Below the pieces are notes generated by a model. It was not told the DNA's origin and ran no database searches. It was given only the letters and a program-made list of their open reading frames with translations. A DNA stretch of 64,000 nt, taken from NCBI RefSeq assembly GCF_006345805.1, contig NC_043008.1:52142001-52206000 (forward strand), given 5' to 3'. The DNA comes from Octopus sinensis. Its lineage: Eukaryota. This document shows, in pieces, positions 12,685 through 25,700 of this stretch. How positions within the stretch are numbered: the first letter of the stretch is position 1; every line of letters starts with the position of its first letter. The position numbers and the translations under genes are program-made.

Positions 12685-14625
12685 TGGTAATATGTCAGGT
12701 CAGAATCCTTGTGTCATGTTGCAGGATGACACCGCTAGCAGTGACTGCAACAGCTAGAAGGGTCAAACAAAGTGCAGCAGAGAGGGGCCAAATAAGGAAT
12801 GTGTGCGACCCTTCCAAGGGCAGAGTTTTTAGTGTCTGGGTTTGCACACGGTGAGAGACTGCAAGGAACCCAAACCTAGAGTAATTTGCTATTGATGCAG
12901 ACAAACAGGCCACATCTCTAATGAATGAGTTCAGGAAAACAGTCTAAGGGAGACTAATGTGCCTGTAGTCATCCTGTCAAAAGAAAAGAGGCGTGTATAC
13001 AGTTGTTGCCAGTAGTGGACATTGTGGTGGAGGGAAAGGTATCATGAGCCCTTGTGGACACAGGCTGCTCAACAACCCTAATGACTCCGGAGGTGGTAGA
13101 AGAATGGAGTGGAGTGAGTAGTGTAAAGGCTGTTGATGGTACGGAAGCTGAATGCAGAGGAAGTAGAGATGTGGAGATGGGGGCACGAGGAATGAGATTG
13201 AGGTTGCATGCAATTGTGATCGACCTCATGGTGGATGGAATCAATGTGGTGATGGGGATGGACGCCATTGTCCGTTTGGGAGGTGTCATGGTCAATGAAG
13301 CCAGTGTAACATCCGGTGATGCGGGGGTACTATGCACCATGGATCCATGACAGGAGAGTGGTGAGAGCTGCAAAGAAAAATATGCTGCACACACCATTAC
13401 AGACAAGGATTTTCAGGCTGTGTTCGACGGCTGGCAGTGGACAGTGGAATGGTACTGGAAGGGAGATCCTCTGATACTGAAAAATGCAATAGGTTGCTAT
13501 CAGCATACCCTGAAGGGGGATGCCAGAAGCGAGTTTGAGGGAGAGGTGGAATGGTGGATCAAGGAAGGCATTCTGATCCCTTGGAAGGAAGAAGTAGAGA
13601 GTGGAGTGCTACCACTGATGGCAGGGGTGCAGCCGACAAAGCATAAAGTCAGGCCAGTATTAGATTTCTGAGAACTGAATGCCCATGTATTGTGCCATAT
13701 GGACAGGGAAGCCACAGAGGTTTGCAGCAAAACCTTGAGAGAGTGGAGGCAGATGAAAGGGCATCCACAATCGTTGATTTGAAGTTGGCATACCTGCAGC
13801 TGCATGTGACTAAAAGATTGTGGAAATATCATCTGGTAAGGTACAAGGGTTGGACATACTGCCGGACAAGGTTGGGACTTGGGCTGAGTTCAGCACTGAA
13901 GATTATGGCAGGACAAGAGCATAGTATCAGCAAAGGAGGTCATAAGCCACCTGAAGAGTTTCGGGCTAACTGCCAAGGGAGGGAAGGAGGAGCTGCACTG
14001 AGACTCAAGCTACAGAGAGACAAGGCAGGTGCATTGGTGTTTCAGAGAGGGAATGAGATCCCGGAACTGGGCACCAGGATGAATTGGCAAGAACTGTTTT
14101 CTGTGTGTGGGAAGTTTCTGGGACACTACCTGATTGCAGCATGGCTCCGGACAGCATGCAGCTCCATCAAAAGTTGAGCTGAAGAAGTGAGGTGGAATGA
14201 CATCGTGGGTGAGAAGACAACTGCCATATATGTAAGAAGTCTTGGAGAGAGTGACTGGGTAGGACCCAGTAAGAGGAAACTGGTAAATGCCCAAATTGAA
14301 GAATGGGATCGTGTGGTGTGATGCTAGCAGCAAAGCAATGGGAGTTGTCCTGGAAATTGGAGGTGTCATGGTGGGGATGTGGCCTGGCTCAGGAAGAAGA
14401 TCAACTGCAACCGCATCAATGTGGCAGAGCTGGATGCTGTGTTGAAGGGGGTGAACCTGGCCCCGAGGTGGAGGCTGTCTACCATTGAAATCTGGACCAA
14501 TTTGGCCACTGTACTTAGATGGGTGGGATCAGTTGTCACCGGCAAGCAGAGGATGCAAACCAAAGGGGGCACAGAGATGCTGATAAGATGCTGTTTGGGA
14601 ATTGTGGGTGAGCTAGCTGCCTCTT
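12685..14625 (+). mobile_element. LTR retrotransposon gag-pol relic (zinc knuckle, aspartic protease, RT, RNase H)
   Basis: Decayed CCHC knuckle near 12870-12930; protease MDTGCSTT..VMGMD; RT VRPVLDF, IVDLKLAYLQL, TRLGLGLSSALKIM; RNase H WCDASS..INVAELDAV. Multiple stops and frameshifts. Confidence 0.8.
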
Positions 14626-15086
14626 TCTTTCCCTCTTTCTCTCTTTCTGTTTATTGTTTTCAACCATCACCATCACCAGTACCACCACCATTGCTATCAC
14701 AACTGCCATACACACACCATTCAGACTTCTGACACCACCACCATAAACACCTTTGACTTCGCTGCCTTCCCCTCCACCACCATCACCACTGTCTTTCACA
14801 TTTCTTACTATCACCGGCATGCTTTAATGCCTCAGCTACCACTACCACCACCATCATCACCATCGCTTCTGTTTGTATCACAACTGCAGCTCATTCTATT
14901 ACTATCACCCCATTACCATCTCAATGGTTATCTACTACCCCATCACTGTCTCTGTACCAACAATTACTCACACTCCAGCAAGAGGTGTAGAAGTGTCATT
15001 GAATAGTGAGAAAGTGGGGTCAAAGTGTGACATACTGACACACAGAAATTCATTTTGGCATTTATTATTATTATTATCATTATTAT

Positions 15087-15166
<80 letters not shown>

Positions 15167-15179
15167 ATATATATATATA

Positions 15180-15385
15180 TAGTAAATCCAAACAAGAAAG
15201 CACAAAAAAACACAACAACGCGAGGACGTGGAACAAATATAGTATTATTGGACGCTCAGGAAAGAAGGAAAGAAGGAAGGTTTAACGTTTCGAGCGGAGC
15301 TCTTCGTCGAAAACATAGGAGAAGGAAAGATCTAGAGAAGGGAAGACAGAGGCAAAAAAATTGCCAACGGTACACACGCGGTCAC
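15180..15385 (-). mobile_element. Non-coding repeat carrying a minimal hammerhead-like motif (15280-15314)
   Basis: Minus: GTTT TCGACGA A GAGC TCC GCTC GAAAC GTT AAAC; paralogs at 31087-31272 and 33545-33735; 3' end abuts (TA)n. Confidence 0.65.
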
Positions 15386-15414
15386 ATACATATATATATA
15401 TATATATCATCATC

Positions 15415-17415
15415 CTCATCATCATCATCGTTGTTTAATGTTTGCTTTCCATGCTGTCATGGGTTGGACGGTTTGACTGAGGACTGGTGAGCCAGAAGGC
15501 TGCACCAGGCTTCAATCTGATCTGGCAATGTTTCTACAGCTGGATGCCCTTCCTAACGCCAACCACTCCAAGAGTGTAGTGGGTGCTTTAACATTCCAGC
15601 AGCACAAGGGCCAGTCAGGTGGTACTTGCAACAACCATGCTCAAATAGTGTTTTTTAATTGCCACCCGCACAGGAGCCAGTCTGGTGGCACTGGCAACGA
15701 CCATGCTTGAATGTTGTTTTTCATGTGCCAGTAAGGTGGCGCTGGCAACGATCACACTCGAATGGTGCTTTTTATGTGCCACCAGCATGGGAGTCAGTCT
15801 GCAGCCCTGGCAATGATGACGCTCAGATAGTGCTTTTAACATTCCACTGGCACAAGTGCAAATCAGGCGGTACTGTCATTTGCCATGTCACCGATTTTGA
15901 TTTCACTTGCCTCAAGAGGTCTTCACAAGCAAAGCTTATTGTCCAATGAATAAAGGGTACTCATAAGTGGGCTGGGTATACACCAGTGGCATAGGCCACG
16001 GGTTATGGTCTCACTTGGAGTGTTGGGTCTTCTCAAGCACAGCATATCCACAAAGGCCTTGGTCGCTAGTCATTGCCATGGTGAAGCCCAATGTTCGAAG
16101 GTCGTGCTTCACCTCATCCCAGGTCTTCCTGGGTTTACCTCTTCTACAAGTTCCCTCAACTGTTAGGATGTGACATTTCTTCACACAGCTGTCCTCATCC
16201 ATTCACAACACATGAGCACACCAGTGCAGTCATCTCTCTTGCACACCACATCTGATGCTTCTTATATCCAACTTTTCTCTCAGGACACTTACACTCTGTC
16301 GTGTATGCACACTGACATTACACATCCATCGGATCATACTGGCTTCATTCTTTGCAAGCTTACACATGTCCTCAGCAGTCATGGCCCGTGTTTCACTGCC
16401 ATGAAGCATGGTTATTCCTACACATGCATCATACAGTCTACCTTTTACTCTGAGCGAGAGGCCCTTTGTCACCAGCAGAGGTAAGAGCTCTCTGAACTTT
16501 GCCCAGGCTATTCTTATTCTAGCAGCTACAGTTTCAGCACACCCTCCCTCCGCTACTGACTTGGTCACCTAGGTAATGGGAGCTAACAACTACCTGTAGT
16601 TTTTCTCCCTGGAATGAGACAGAAGCTGTTCTCTACACATTTTCAGTGTTTATTGCTCCTGAGCATCTACCACATACGAAAACTATCTTCCCAGCTAGCC
16701 TTCCTTTGATATTGCTGCACTTCTTATGTATCCATAGCTTGCACTGGGTACATCTTATGGAGTTTCTGCCTACACCTTTTCTACAGATCGAGCAGGGATT
16801 TGTGGTTTGTCTGCCTTCCTACTTATTAAGACTTTGGTTTTAGCTAGGTTGACTCTAAGGCCCTTCGATTCTAATCCTTGCTTCCACACCTGAAACTTTT
16901 ACTCTAGCGCTGATAGTGACTCAGCAATTAGAGCAAGGTCATCAGCATAGAGGAGCTCCCAGGGGCATCCTGTCTTGAATTCCTCTGTTATTGCTTGGAT
17001 GACTATGATGAATAAGAGGGGACTGAGGATTGATCCTTGGTAGACCCCTACCCCGACCCGGAATTCTTCACTGTACTCGTTGCCAACCCTCACCTTACTG
17101 ACAGCATCCCTGTGCATGGCGTGCACAACTCTCACTAACCATTCATCTATCCCTAGTTTCCTCATTGACCACCAGATAAGGGATCGGGGGACCCTGTGAA
17201 AGGCTTTCTCCATGTCAACGAAAGCCAGGTACAGAGGTGTATCTTTGGCTAGGTATGTCTCTTGCAGCTGTCTTACCAGAAATATACCATCAGTGGTGCT
17301 TTTCCCTGGCACACACCCAAACTGCATCTCATCTAAGCTGACACTCTCCCTAATTAGTTGGGCTATGACCCTCTCCGTGACCTTCATTACCTGATCCAAC
17401 AACTTGATACCTCTG

Positions 17416-17420
<5 letters not shown>
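15415..17420 (-). mobile_element. RTE-clade LINE, 5'-truncated
   Basis: NYRGIKLLDQ, QFGCVPGKST, FVDMEKAF, GVYQGSILSPLLF, LLYADDL; 3' UTR ending in (GAT)n. Confidence 0.9.
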
Positions 17421-17459
<39 letters not shown>

Positions 17460-18924
17460 CACACACAACACATACACACCAACACATGTGTCTGAGTACT
17501 GAGTGCATGGGTGAATGCATCTGTCTTTATATTTACAAAATCTAAAAAAAAAACATAAACAAAATAAAGCATTGCTGTTTAAGTTGCATCCCATAACATT
17601 TACATTCCATAACCATGCTGTGTGACGAAAAGAGATCAATAAAATTTATAAACTAAATGCCTGACCTGAATGAGCACTAAGATCGATATGATCAACCAAA
17701 ACTCTTGAAGGCAGTCTCACAGCATGGTCACAGTTCTGTGAGTGAAAGCAGTGAACAAATAAAAGCATATATCTAGTGTCTTCTTCCTATTTTTGTTGTT
17801 AGGTTTGCTTTTTTTTTTAAACACCGGAATTTATTTATTTATATAAAATTTTCCCTTATACAACCAAATTTTAAACTAAAAAAAAAAAATGAAATGAGTT
17901 TACTAAATAATTGCTTCTCTAATGACAGAAATTTTTCTGTGAAAAAATATCTGTAATGTCTAGGTCTAATTTTTCAAGCAAAATGTATTTGTTTAACGCT
18001 ATTGTTACTGAGGTATAGCATTACATAAGAGATGTATTCTATCTCAGAGACCTGAAACAACAAAGCAAAAACGAAACTAAAGATAATAAGTTTATAAATA
18101 AAGAATACAAAATATTGATTCACTTAATCTCTTTTATTATTGCTTTGCATTGATCTCTGGTTTTATGAGTTTAGAGATGATTAGAGTGATTGAGTAAATG
18201 CACATGTGTGTGTGTGTGTGTGTGTACATGCCTGTGTGTGTGTCATTTATTGTTATGCAAAAGAGACCAATATGCATTGTCTTAAAATACTGCAGAAACC
18301 AAAACGCATTGTCTTAAAAAAAAAAAAAGATCTTTGTACTCTTTAAACTTTAAAAACATAACAAAATAAAAAGAGATCCCAAAGCTGGTGTTTTTTTTTT
18401 ACAGATATGTTACATGATACAGAAAAATACACATTTTTTCATTCAGTTTTAAAAGTGATTTGCATATAGGATATATATATCAATATTTTTATTGTTGATA
18501 TTTTAAAATATTTTTTGATGCAGAGGCTATAGATGAAGTTGATGTTACAGAAAGAAAGATGACCAACAGAGAGAGATGGACAGAGTGGTGGTGGTGGGGG
18601 GGATGAATCGTCAGTCAAAGTAGCAGTGGTTACTAAAAGCACTTAAAAATACTCCACTCCATTAGCTTCTAACCTATCAGCCTCTCCCTCTTTCCCTATT
18701 CACCTCCATCTATTCAATTTCATACACCTCTTCCTACTTCAGCACTCCCTTTTCACCACCAACCCACCTTCATTATGATACTAACCTCTGCTACCTTGAC
18801 CACCGATTCAACACCCTGTCACCACTCTGTCCCACCCCCTTACTATCTTCTCATATCTTTCTACATATCTTAGTAATCCTCCTCCACTACTGATTTAGAC
18901 ACCTTCCTCCCCTCAAATAATTGG

Positions 18925-19152
18925 TTTCTTTACTACCCACAAGGGGCTAAACACAGAAGGGACAAACAGGGATAGACAAACGGATCAAGTCGATTATATT
19001 GACCCCCAGTGCGTATCTGGTACTTAATTTATCGACCCCGAAAGGATGAAAGGCAAAGTCAACCTCGGCGGAATTTGAACTCAGAACGTAACAGCAGACG
19101 AAATACAGCTATGCATTTTGCCCAGCATGCTAACATTTCTGCCAGCTCGCCG
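18925..19152 (-). mobile_element. SINE family A
   Basis: GAGCTGGCAGAAATGTTAGCATGCTGGGC..GAGTTCAAATTCCGCCGAGG (B box). Confidence 0.8.
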
Positions 19153-19261
19153 CCCTTCTCCCCTCAAATAATTGCCATCCCTTTTCTCACTATCTCAACT
19201 TTCAATAATTCTATAGCTATTATCCCTAAATATTGTTGTTATTTTGGGATGGTAATTTTTT

Positions 19262-19595
19262 TTTCTGTCAAATAATAAACACACTCACTATATATTTGTT
19301 CTTCACTCATTCTTAGTCTAACTCCTGTCCATTGTCTGGAAATCTTTCGTCACACATCTTTGGCCTCTTCAGCAACACTTTTCATCTTTGTGTGTGCTCT
19401 TGTTCTATCTGCTCTTTCATTCTGGAAGAGCAGAATGAAATAAGTGGAGCAAGATCACACATGAATACAAAAAGTATTGATGAAGAGGTCACAGATGTGT
19501 GAAGAAAGATTTCTGGACAATGGACTGGAGTTAGAATAAGAACAGTAATAAATGAATGAAGAACAAACATATAGTGAGTGTGCTTATTTGGCAAA
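19262..19595. repeat. ~335-bp fold-back palindrome with a decayed hammerhead in each arm
   Basis: Arms pair around CTGCTCTTTC-ATTCTG-GAAGAGCAG (~19420); hammerhead-like motifs at ~19333-19378 (-) and ~19474-19518 (+). Confidence 0.7.
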
Positions 19596-19654
19596 AAACA
19601 AAAAACAAAACAAAAAAATCCCCCCCCTGCCCATCCCGAAATACAACAATATCT

Positions 19655-20012
19655 GTTTCAACACATGATTTCACATCTGGAGTCTTTCAACACATGATTT
19701 CACATCTGGAGTCTTTCAACACATGACTTCACATCTGGAATCTTTCAACACATGATTTCTCATCTGGAGTCTTTCAACACATGGTTTCACATCTGGAGTC
19801 TTTCAACACATGATTTCACATCTGGAGTCTTTCAACACATGATTTCACATCTGGAGTCTTTCAACACATGACTTCACATCTGGAATCTTTCAACACATGG
19901 TTTCACATCTGGAGTCTTTCAACACATGATTTCACATCTGGAGTCTTTCAACACATGATTTCACATCTGGAGTCTTTCAACACATGACTTCACATCTGGA
20001 ATCTTTCAACAC
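19655..20012. repeat. 29-bp minisatellite, ~12 copies
   Basis: Unit AACACATGATTTCACATCTGGAGTCTTTC. Confidence 0.95.
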
Positions 20013-21104
20013 AAATTCATAAATGTATTATCCCTAATCTTTGACACCTACACACAAACCCAGCAACAACTGACCACCCTTCAGTTACTATCTATCTTAC
20101 CCCTCCCACTCATCTCCCAACTTTCAACCTCTACCACCACCTCCCCTAAAACCCTCATTATTTACCCCACCTCTTCCTGAACTAACTCTTTTATCTCCCC
20201 TCACCATTCCCTGTCTTAAGATGTCCCATAACCCCACTGACCTTCCTACTTGGTCCCTCTAATATTACTCAAATATTCATCATCTGAAAGTCTCCACTCT
20301 CTGCTTTCTCTCATTTTGCATGTATACATATATACATATTTTGTATTTCATACCCAAGCTGTTATAATTAATGTATCTAATTAATGTATCTAATTTGTTT
20401 TTTATTCAACATCTTTTTCTCCTCCATTTTTCTATAATTGTTTATGGCATATTTACACCTATAATGATATTTTTCAACTACTATTTCCATATTCTTATTA
20501 CTTGCTCTGGCTGTTTTTTTTTATGAAAATAATGAATCTTTATTAGAAATAATTCTTTCTCCCTTTTTAGACTTCTCAAAAAGTTTGAATTGTTCTCTTT
20601 CGAACTTACTTTTTCCCACATTTAATTTGTTTATCTGCATAATTACCTGTCTGTCTGTCCGTCCGTCCTCCGTCCGTCTGTATATATGTATGTAATTTTT
20701 TTTTTGCATGATGTTGAGAGGATCCATCGATCCCGTCGAAAACATGACAACTTCTCTCGAGCTGTTGCTATGATTAAATACACTCTATAAAAGTGAGGGT
20801 TTGAGAGAACGCTTCAGTCATATTAGTATTTAATTTTTAATTACGATAATATTGTATATTTTATAAGCCACAAAACTTTTGTAGTCATTAGGTAATTCCA
20901 GCGCATTGTCCCTTCCATTTTGTACTGGTGACAAATTCGATAATTTCCGACTCTATTCTACAGGGTTATCTTACACAATTTCTATCCCACCGTTGCTTTC
21001 CCATTTGTTTTGTTATACCAAAGAGAAACAACTCTGATCATCATTTGATTTATCTTCCCGAAGATTTATCTCCCTTGGTTAGTATATAACTATTTTTCTC
21101 TAGG

Positions 21105-21243
21105 CACTTATTTCATCGACCCCGAAAGGATGAAAAGCAAAGTCGACCTCGGCGGAATTTGAACTCAGAACATAACTGCAGACGAAATACTGCTAGGTAT
21201 TTATTTCGCTCGACGTGCTAACGATTCTGCCAGCTTGCCGCTA
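21105..21243 (-). mobile_element. SINE family A, 5' part
   Basis: GCAAGCTGGCAGAATCGTTAGCACG..GAGTTCAAATTCCGCCGAGGTCGACTTTGC. Confidence 0.8.
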
Positions 21244-21769
21244 TTTGAAATATGAAATAATGTCACTGCTGATATATTTATTGCAACAATACAAATGATA
21301 AATTTACTTTATTCAATTTTATTTGAAATTAAATATTTTTATTTTAAAAGTTTGCAGTCCTCATTTATTTTCTAAATTAAGCATTATAAAATTTGAATAG
21401 GTTGATGTTAGTAATTAGCGGCCAATATATCTAACATCGCCCGATACCACCTTGAAATAGGACAAGTTTACCTTCCTTATTATTCGTTTAACAACTCTGG
21501 TTGAGATCCACATGACAAACGAAGTCACTCGGAACACACAAATGCTGCTTATCAAATTGTCAAACATTGAATAGCCAATTGCAGTGGGGACAGAATCCGT
21601 AGCACACAGGTGCTCACACGCACGCGTGCACACGTTTTACACATGCCTATCTATAAACACATATATAGGAACGTTTGTATATATGTAGTGTTTGTATTTC
21701 TTATATACAAATAGAATACACGCACATACGAAACAAAGAAAAAAAGTCAGTGTGTGTGTGTGTGTAATA

Positions 21770-22392
21770 GCACCTGATCACGTGACCGACCAGACTATCA
21801 GATGTTATCTATCGCTGGTTACAATGCGTCTTTTCATCGTTTTAGCAATCGAATGACACCCCCAATAGGTGAGCAGTCCAATATTCTTGCACCCTCCCCA
21901 CCTGACTGAAAAGAGACAGGAGCAAAGCAAAATGAAGTGTTTCACTCAAGAATACAAAGGGACACCCGATCTAGGAATTGAACCCACAATCTAGTGACCA
22001 TGAGTGCAATAGTCTAACCTGTAGGTCACACATGTATACTCTTTACTCTTTTTTACTTGTTTCAGTCATTTGACTGCGGCCATGCTGGAGTACCGCCTTT
22101 AGTCGAGCAAATCGACCCCGGCACTTATTCTTTGTAAGCCCAGTACTTATTCTATTGGTCTCTTTTGCCGAACCGCTAAGTGACGGGGACGTAAACACAC
22201 CAGCATCGGTTGTCAAGCAATGCTAGGGAGACAAACACAGACACACAAACACATACACACACATACATATATATATACATATATACGACAGGCTTCTTTC
22301 AGTTTCCATCTACCAAATCCACTCACAAGGCATTGGTCGGCCCGGGGCTATGGTTTATAATATATATGTGAGTATACATACACATACACACA
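21770..22392 (-). mobile_element. SINE E relic (21770-22030) plus 5'-truncated composite SINE (22045-22392)
   Basis: Matches 7625-8026 and the family E heads. Confidence 0.7.
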
Positions 22393-22404
22393 AACACACA
22401 CACA

Positions 22405-22438
<34 letters not shown>

Positions 22439-23119
22439 TTCATACATACACACAGAGTACAGTACCATGTTTAACATTGTTACTCAATTTTTGGGATGTA
22501 CTTTGGCCACTGTACTCTTATATAATTAAACATATTTTGGCACTTGGCTTAACAATTTTTATGGTCACTGTTAACCCATCAACTACACCCCTCTACTTCC
22601 TCTCTGTTGTCATTAATATAAAGGTCATTAAGCATGCAATGTACGATTTTCTTAAGCACCAAGTTTCACAGTCGTTAACTCTAATGTTTTATCCTAACAT
22701 TGATGAGTCACATCATCACTTTTCAAAATGCAATTCATGGTGTTTGATTATATTGTGAGTTTTCTCTTGTAAATCAGTTTTTGTGAACCCATGGGTAAAT
22801 CAAAAATTTGTGTTGTTTATGAATATGAGTTCCATCATGGACCCAGTGCATCCCAGACAGCTTGAAACATCAGTGAAGGGTTTGGTAGAGATATGGGAAT
22901 GAGCTTTTAAGAGGGATGCGGACAATGAGAGAGACTTAGATACTTCCCAAACCTAAAGAAGTACATCAATGATAGTTTGAGAAGTTCTGGTTTGGTGACT
23001 TTACTCTTGAAAATCAACCCTGTGGTAGACCTGAGACCAATGTGGATAATGATAGGCTGGGAACTGTAGTGGAAATATGTTGTTAGATAGCCAAGAGATT
23101 GGGTATCTGAACTGAAAGA

Positions 23120-23855
23120 GCAGACATTGTGACGAAAGAACTTGGGCTCTCAAAGGTTTCTGCAAGGTGGGTCCCTTGCCTTTTGACTCCTAAACAGAAA
23201 TGCATCTGGTGCACTTTGTCCACAAGCTATCTGGAACTGTTTGAAGCCAATGAAGAGAATTTTCTTGCTCGTTTCATTACTATAGATGAAAGTTGGGTTC
23301 ATCACTACCAGCCTGAAACCAAAGAACAATCAAAGTAGTGGAAGCACACATCCTACCCCAAAGAAAGCCAGGGTCATTCCTTCAGCTGGCAAGATCATGG
23401 CATCCATTTTTTTGGATTCTAAAGGTGTTTTGCTGATCGATTACCTTGAAAAGGGTCACACTGTGACAGGGGTGTATTATTCTCAGCTACTGAAATGCCT
23501 CCCAGAAGCAATCAAAGAAAAAAGGCCAGGAATGCTCACCAGAGGAGTCCTTTTTCATTACAACAATGCTCCAACCCACACCTCAGTGGTTGCCATGGCA
23601 ACAATTCGTGATTATGGATATGAAATTGTTCCGCATCCATCTTGTTCACCAGACTCAGTCCCCTCTGATTTTCATCTATTCCCCAAAATGAAAAAAGCCC
23701 TGGCTGGTCAACATTTTGCCAGTGACAATGATGTCATAGACACAGTAGGAAGTTTCTTGGAGTCTCAAACAAAAGAGTTCTATGCTGGGATAATGGCGCT
23801 TCAGCACTGCTGGAGAAAGTGTTCAGCCATCGAGGGGGACTATGTTGAAAAATAA
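23120..23855 (+). mobile_element. Mariner (DD34D) transposase pseudogene, catalytic domain
   Basis: KVSARWVP, TIDESWVH, SAGKIMASIFLDSKG, HYNNAPTH (second Asp replaced by Asn), HPSCSPDSVPSDFHLF, EGDYVEK-stop; in-frame stop after EQSK plus a frameshift. Confidence 0.92.
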
Positions 23856-24107
23856 ATCATCAGAAGTCTTGTACCATGTTTTGCTTTTTTGAGGCTCTGG
23901 AAAATGTATTTAGTCACCTTCAAAATTACATCTAAACAACAATGTATCCTTGCCACTTTCAAAAGAAAAGATCAGATAAAATACCAGTCTGGTTGAAAAC
24001 TTGCAGACAATCTTTGCCACTTTCAAAAGAAAATGTCATTCAGATGAAATATCTGTTGGACAGAAAACTTGCTGACTTCTTTTGATATACATGTAAATAC
24101 AGTATTA

Positions 24108-24890
24108 TCAGTGGGATTTCTGCTGTTTCATCACTGACGACAGACATTTTATACCGGGTTTATATTTTGTAACCTTCAGAGATATGCATGTACTATTAGT
24201 TTCAGCTGTCAGGTTACTCCTATTACAAAGACCTAACAAAGTCCATCGCTGAGAACAAGGATTCACAGGCATATGTTGATGAAAACATGGATATTAGTGT
24301 TGTTGCAAAGTTTTTTAACTTGGAAAAATTTTCTGGAATGACATTTTAAGTCCTTAATAATTCATTTTCCGCACTCCTTTCTGGTATTCCTGTCTCTAAT
24401 TGCATTTTTTCAATATTTTCTAAGTCACATCTAAGATCAATAAATATTTGCTTCCAAATTGAGCTACTTTGAAATTCAATCAACTGCATTTCAAAATCAA
24501 CCATGTCTATCCTTGAAAACATTTGTAAGTTTACTTCTTCCAGTTTGATAATATCTGGGAACTTTATGAATTTTGCTGTCTCTTTCTTGAATTTAGCAAG
24601 ACTTGTAAAAACTCCTCAACAGTTGACTCGATAATGTTTACAAACAGCTTTTGAAGACATTTGTGCTCTGTTCTGACATCTTTTGAGAGATCACTGATGT
24701 ACTTCTTTAGGTTTGGGAAGTATCTAAATCTCTCATTGTCCACATCCCTCTTAAAAGCTTTGAGTTTCATTTCAAAAGCCTTTATGTAACCAAGCATAAC
24801 ATCAAGTGTCTTCCCAAAGCCCTGTAATTTAACATTCAAGTTATTCAAATGTTCACAAAAATCTGCAAACCACACCAGTTTCCAAATCTA
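24108..24890 (-). mobile_element. hAT (SPIN/Buster, GTF2IRD2-like) transposase C-terminal relic
   Basis: ADFCEHLNNLNVKLQG..IKAFEMKL..YFPNL, then the dimerisation-domain pattern SMFSSTYACESLFSAM..QQKSH-stop at 24108. Confidence 0.8.
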
Positions 24891-25229
24891 CATGATGTCA
24901 GAAAATTCTTGATATGAAACAATTCTTGATAAGAAACATGTTGGTCGGGTAGTAGGGGTGGTCTGCCCGGGTGGCACTTTCAAAGGGGCAGTACTTTTCA
25001 TCTTGTTGTAGGCTATTGCTGTTGGCAATAAGTGTTTTTTGTGAGGTCTGGGGGTGGCAAATGGAAGGGCTGCCCTGGGCAGCACACACTCTAGCTATGC
25101 TAGTGTTGAGGCCTATGTATAACAGTATAAATGCAGTAAGCTAGAAATATTTCCCAAACAAAATAACAGAATAAAGAAGAAAATATGGACAAATGGAGCA
25201 TAATATATTAATTGTAAACTTATGCCAGT

Positions 25230-25700
25230 CAACTTGATTCGTAAGGCATAGTTGATTCGTAAGGCATACGTGAAGAAGGTGTGTTGACTGTCGTGGGCAA
25301 TAAAGAATAAGAAACTTTATGCAAAAAGTTATCTGTGCTTTCTTCTGGGCTCAGTTCCTTTCCGGTCATTTCAATTCTGACTCCCAATTCTCCTTCTGCT
25401 CTGACATTTCTTCCTCTCGGCATTTTTCATTTTTTCTTCTCACCTGGGCCAGATGCTGGTCTGTTTGCTCATTTGACTCAGCCTCTCTCTGTCCTTTCAT
25501 TTAATTTCTGATGGGGGCCAGTCATTGCTGTGCCTGTTCGGCTTCTTCATTTTTCCCTTTGCTATTGTTTTCTGCATCTGTCTGGGGCATGTTGAATCTC
25601 TGCAACTTCAGGCAACTTCTGCTGGTGCAAATGCCCCATGAACTCACTTTTGAGGTGAGCTTCTTGATTTGGATGTTGGCATGTCTTCTCTCTCAAATAT
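25230..25700 (-). mobile_element. Possible Helitron RepHel N-terminal (charged repeat) fossil
   Basis: Stop-riddled frame QREAESNEQTDQHLAQVRRKNEKCREEE.. then NFLHKVSYSLLP..RMPYE; family assignment is recollection-level inference. Confidence 0.3.

Noticed and set aside
20830-21080. Protein-like frames on both strands (minus with three stops at Tyr-like positions; plus phase 1-1 exon with one stop)
   Set aside because: In-frame stops in both readings and no recognisable domain; A-to-I editing would give Trp, not Tyr.
23129-23855. SETMAR-like domesticated gene
   Set aside because: Stop, frameshift, a mutated catalytic Asp and no SET domain: a dead mariner copy.
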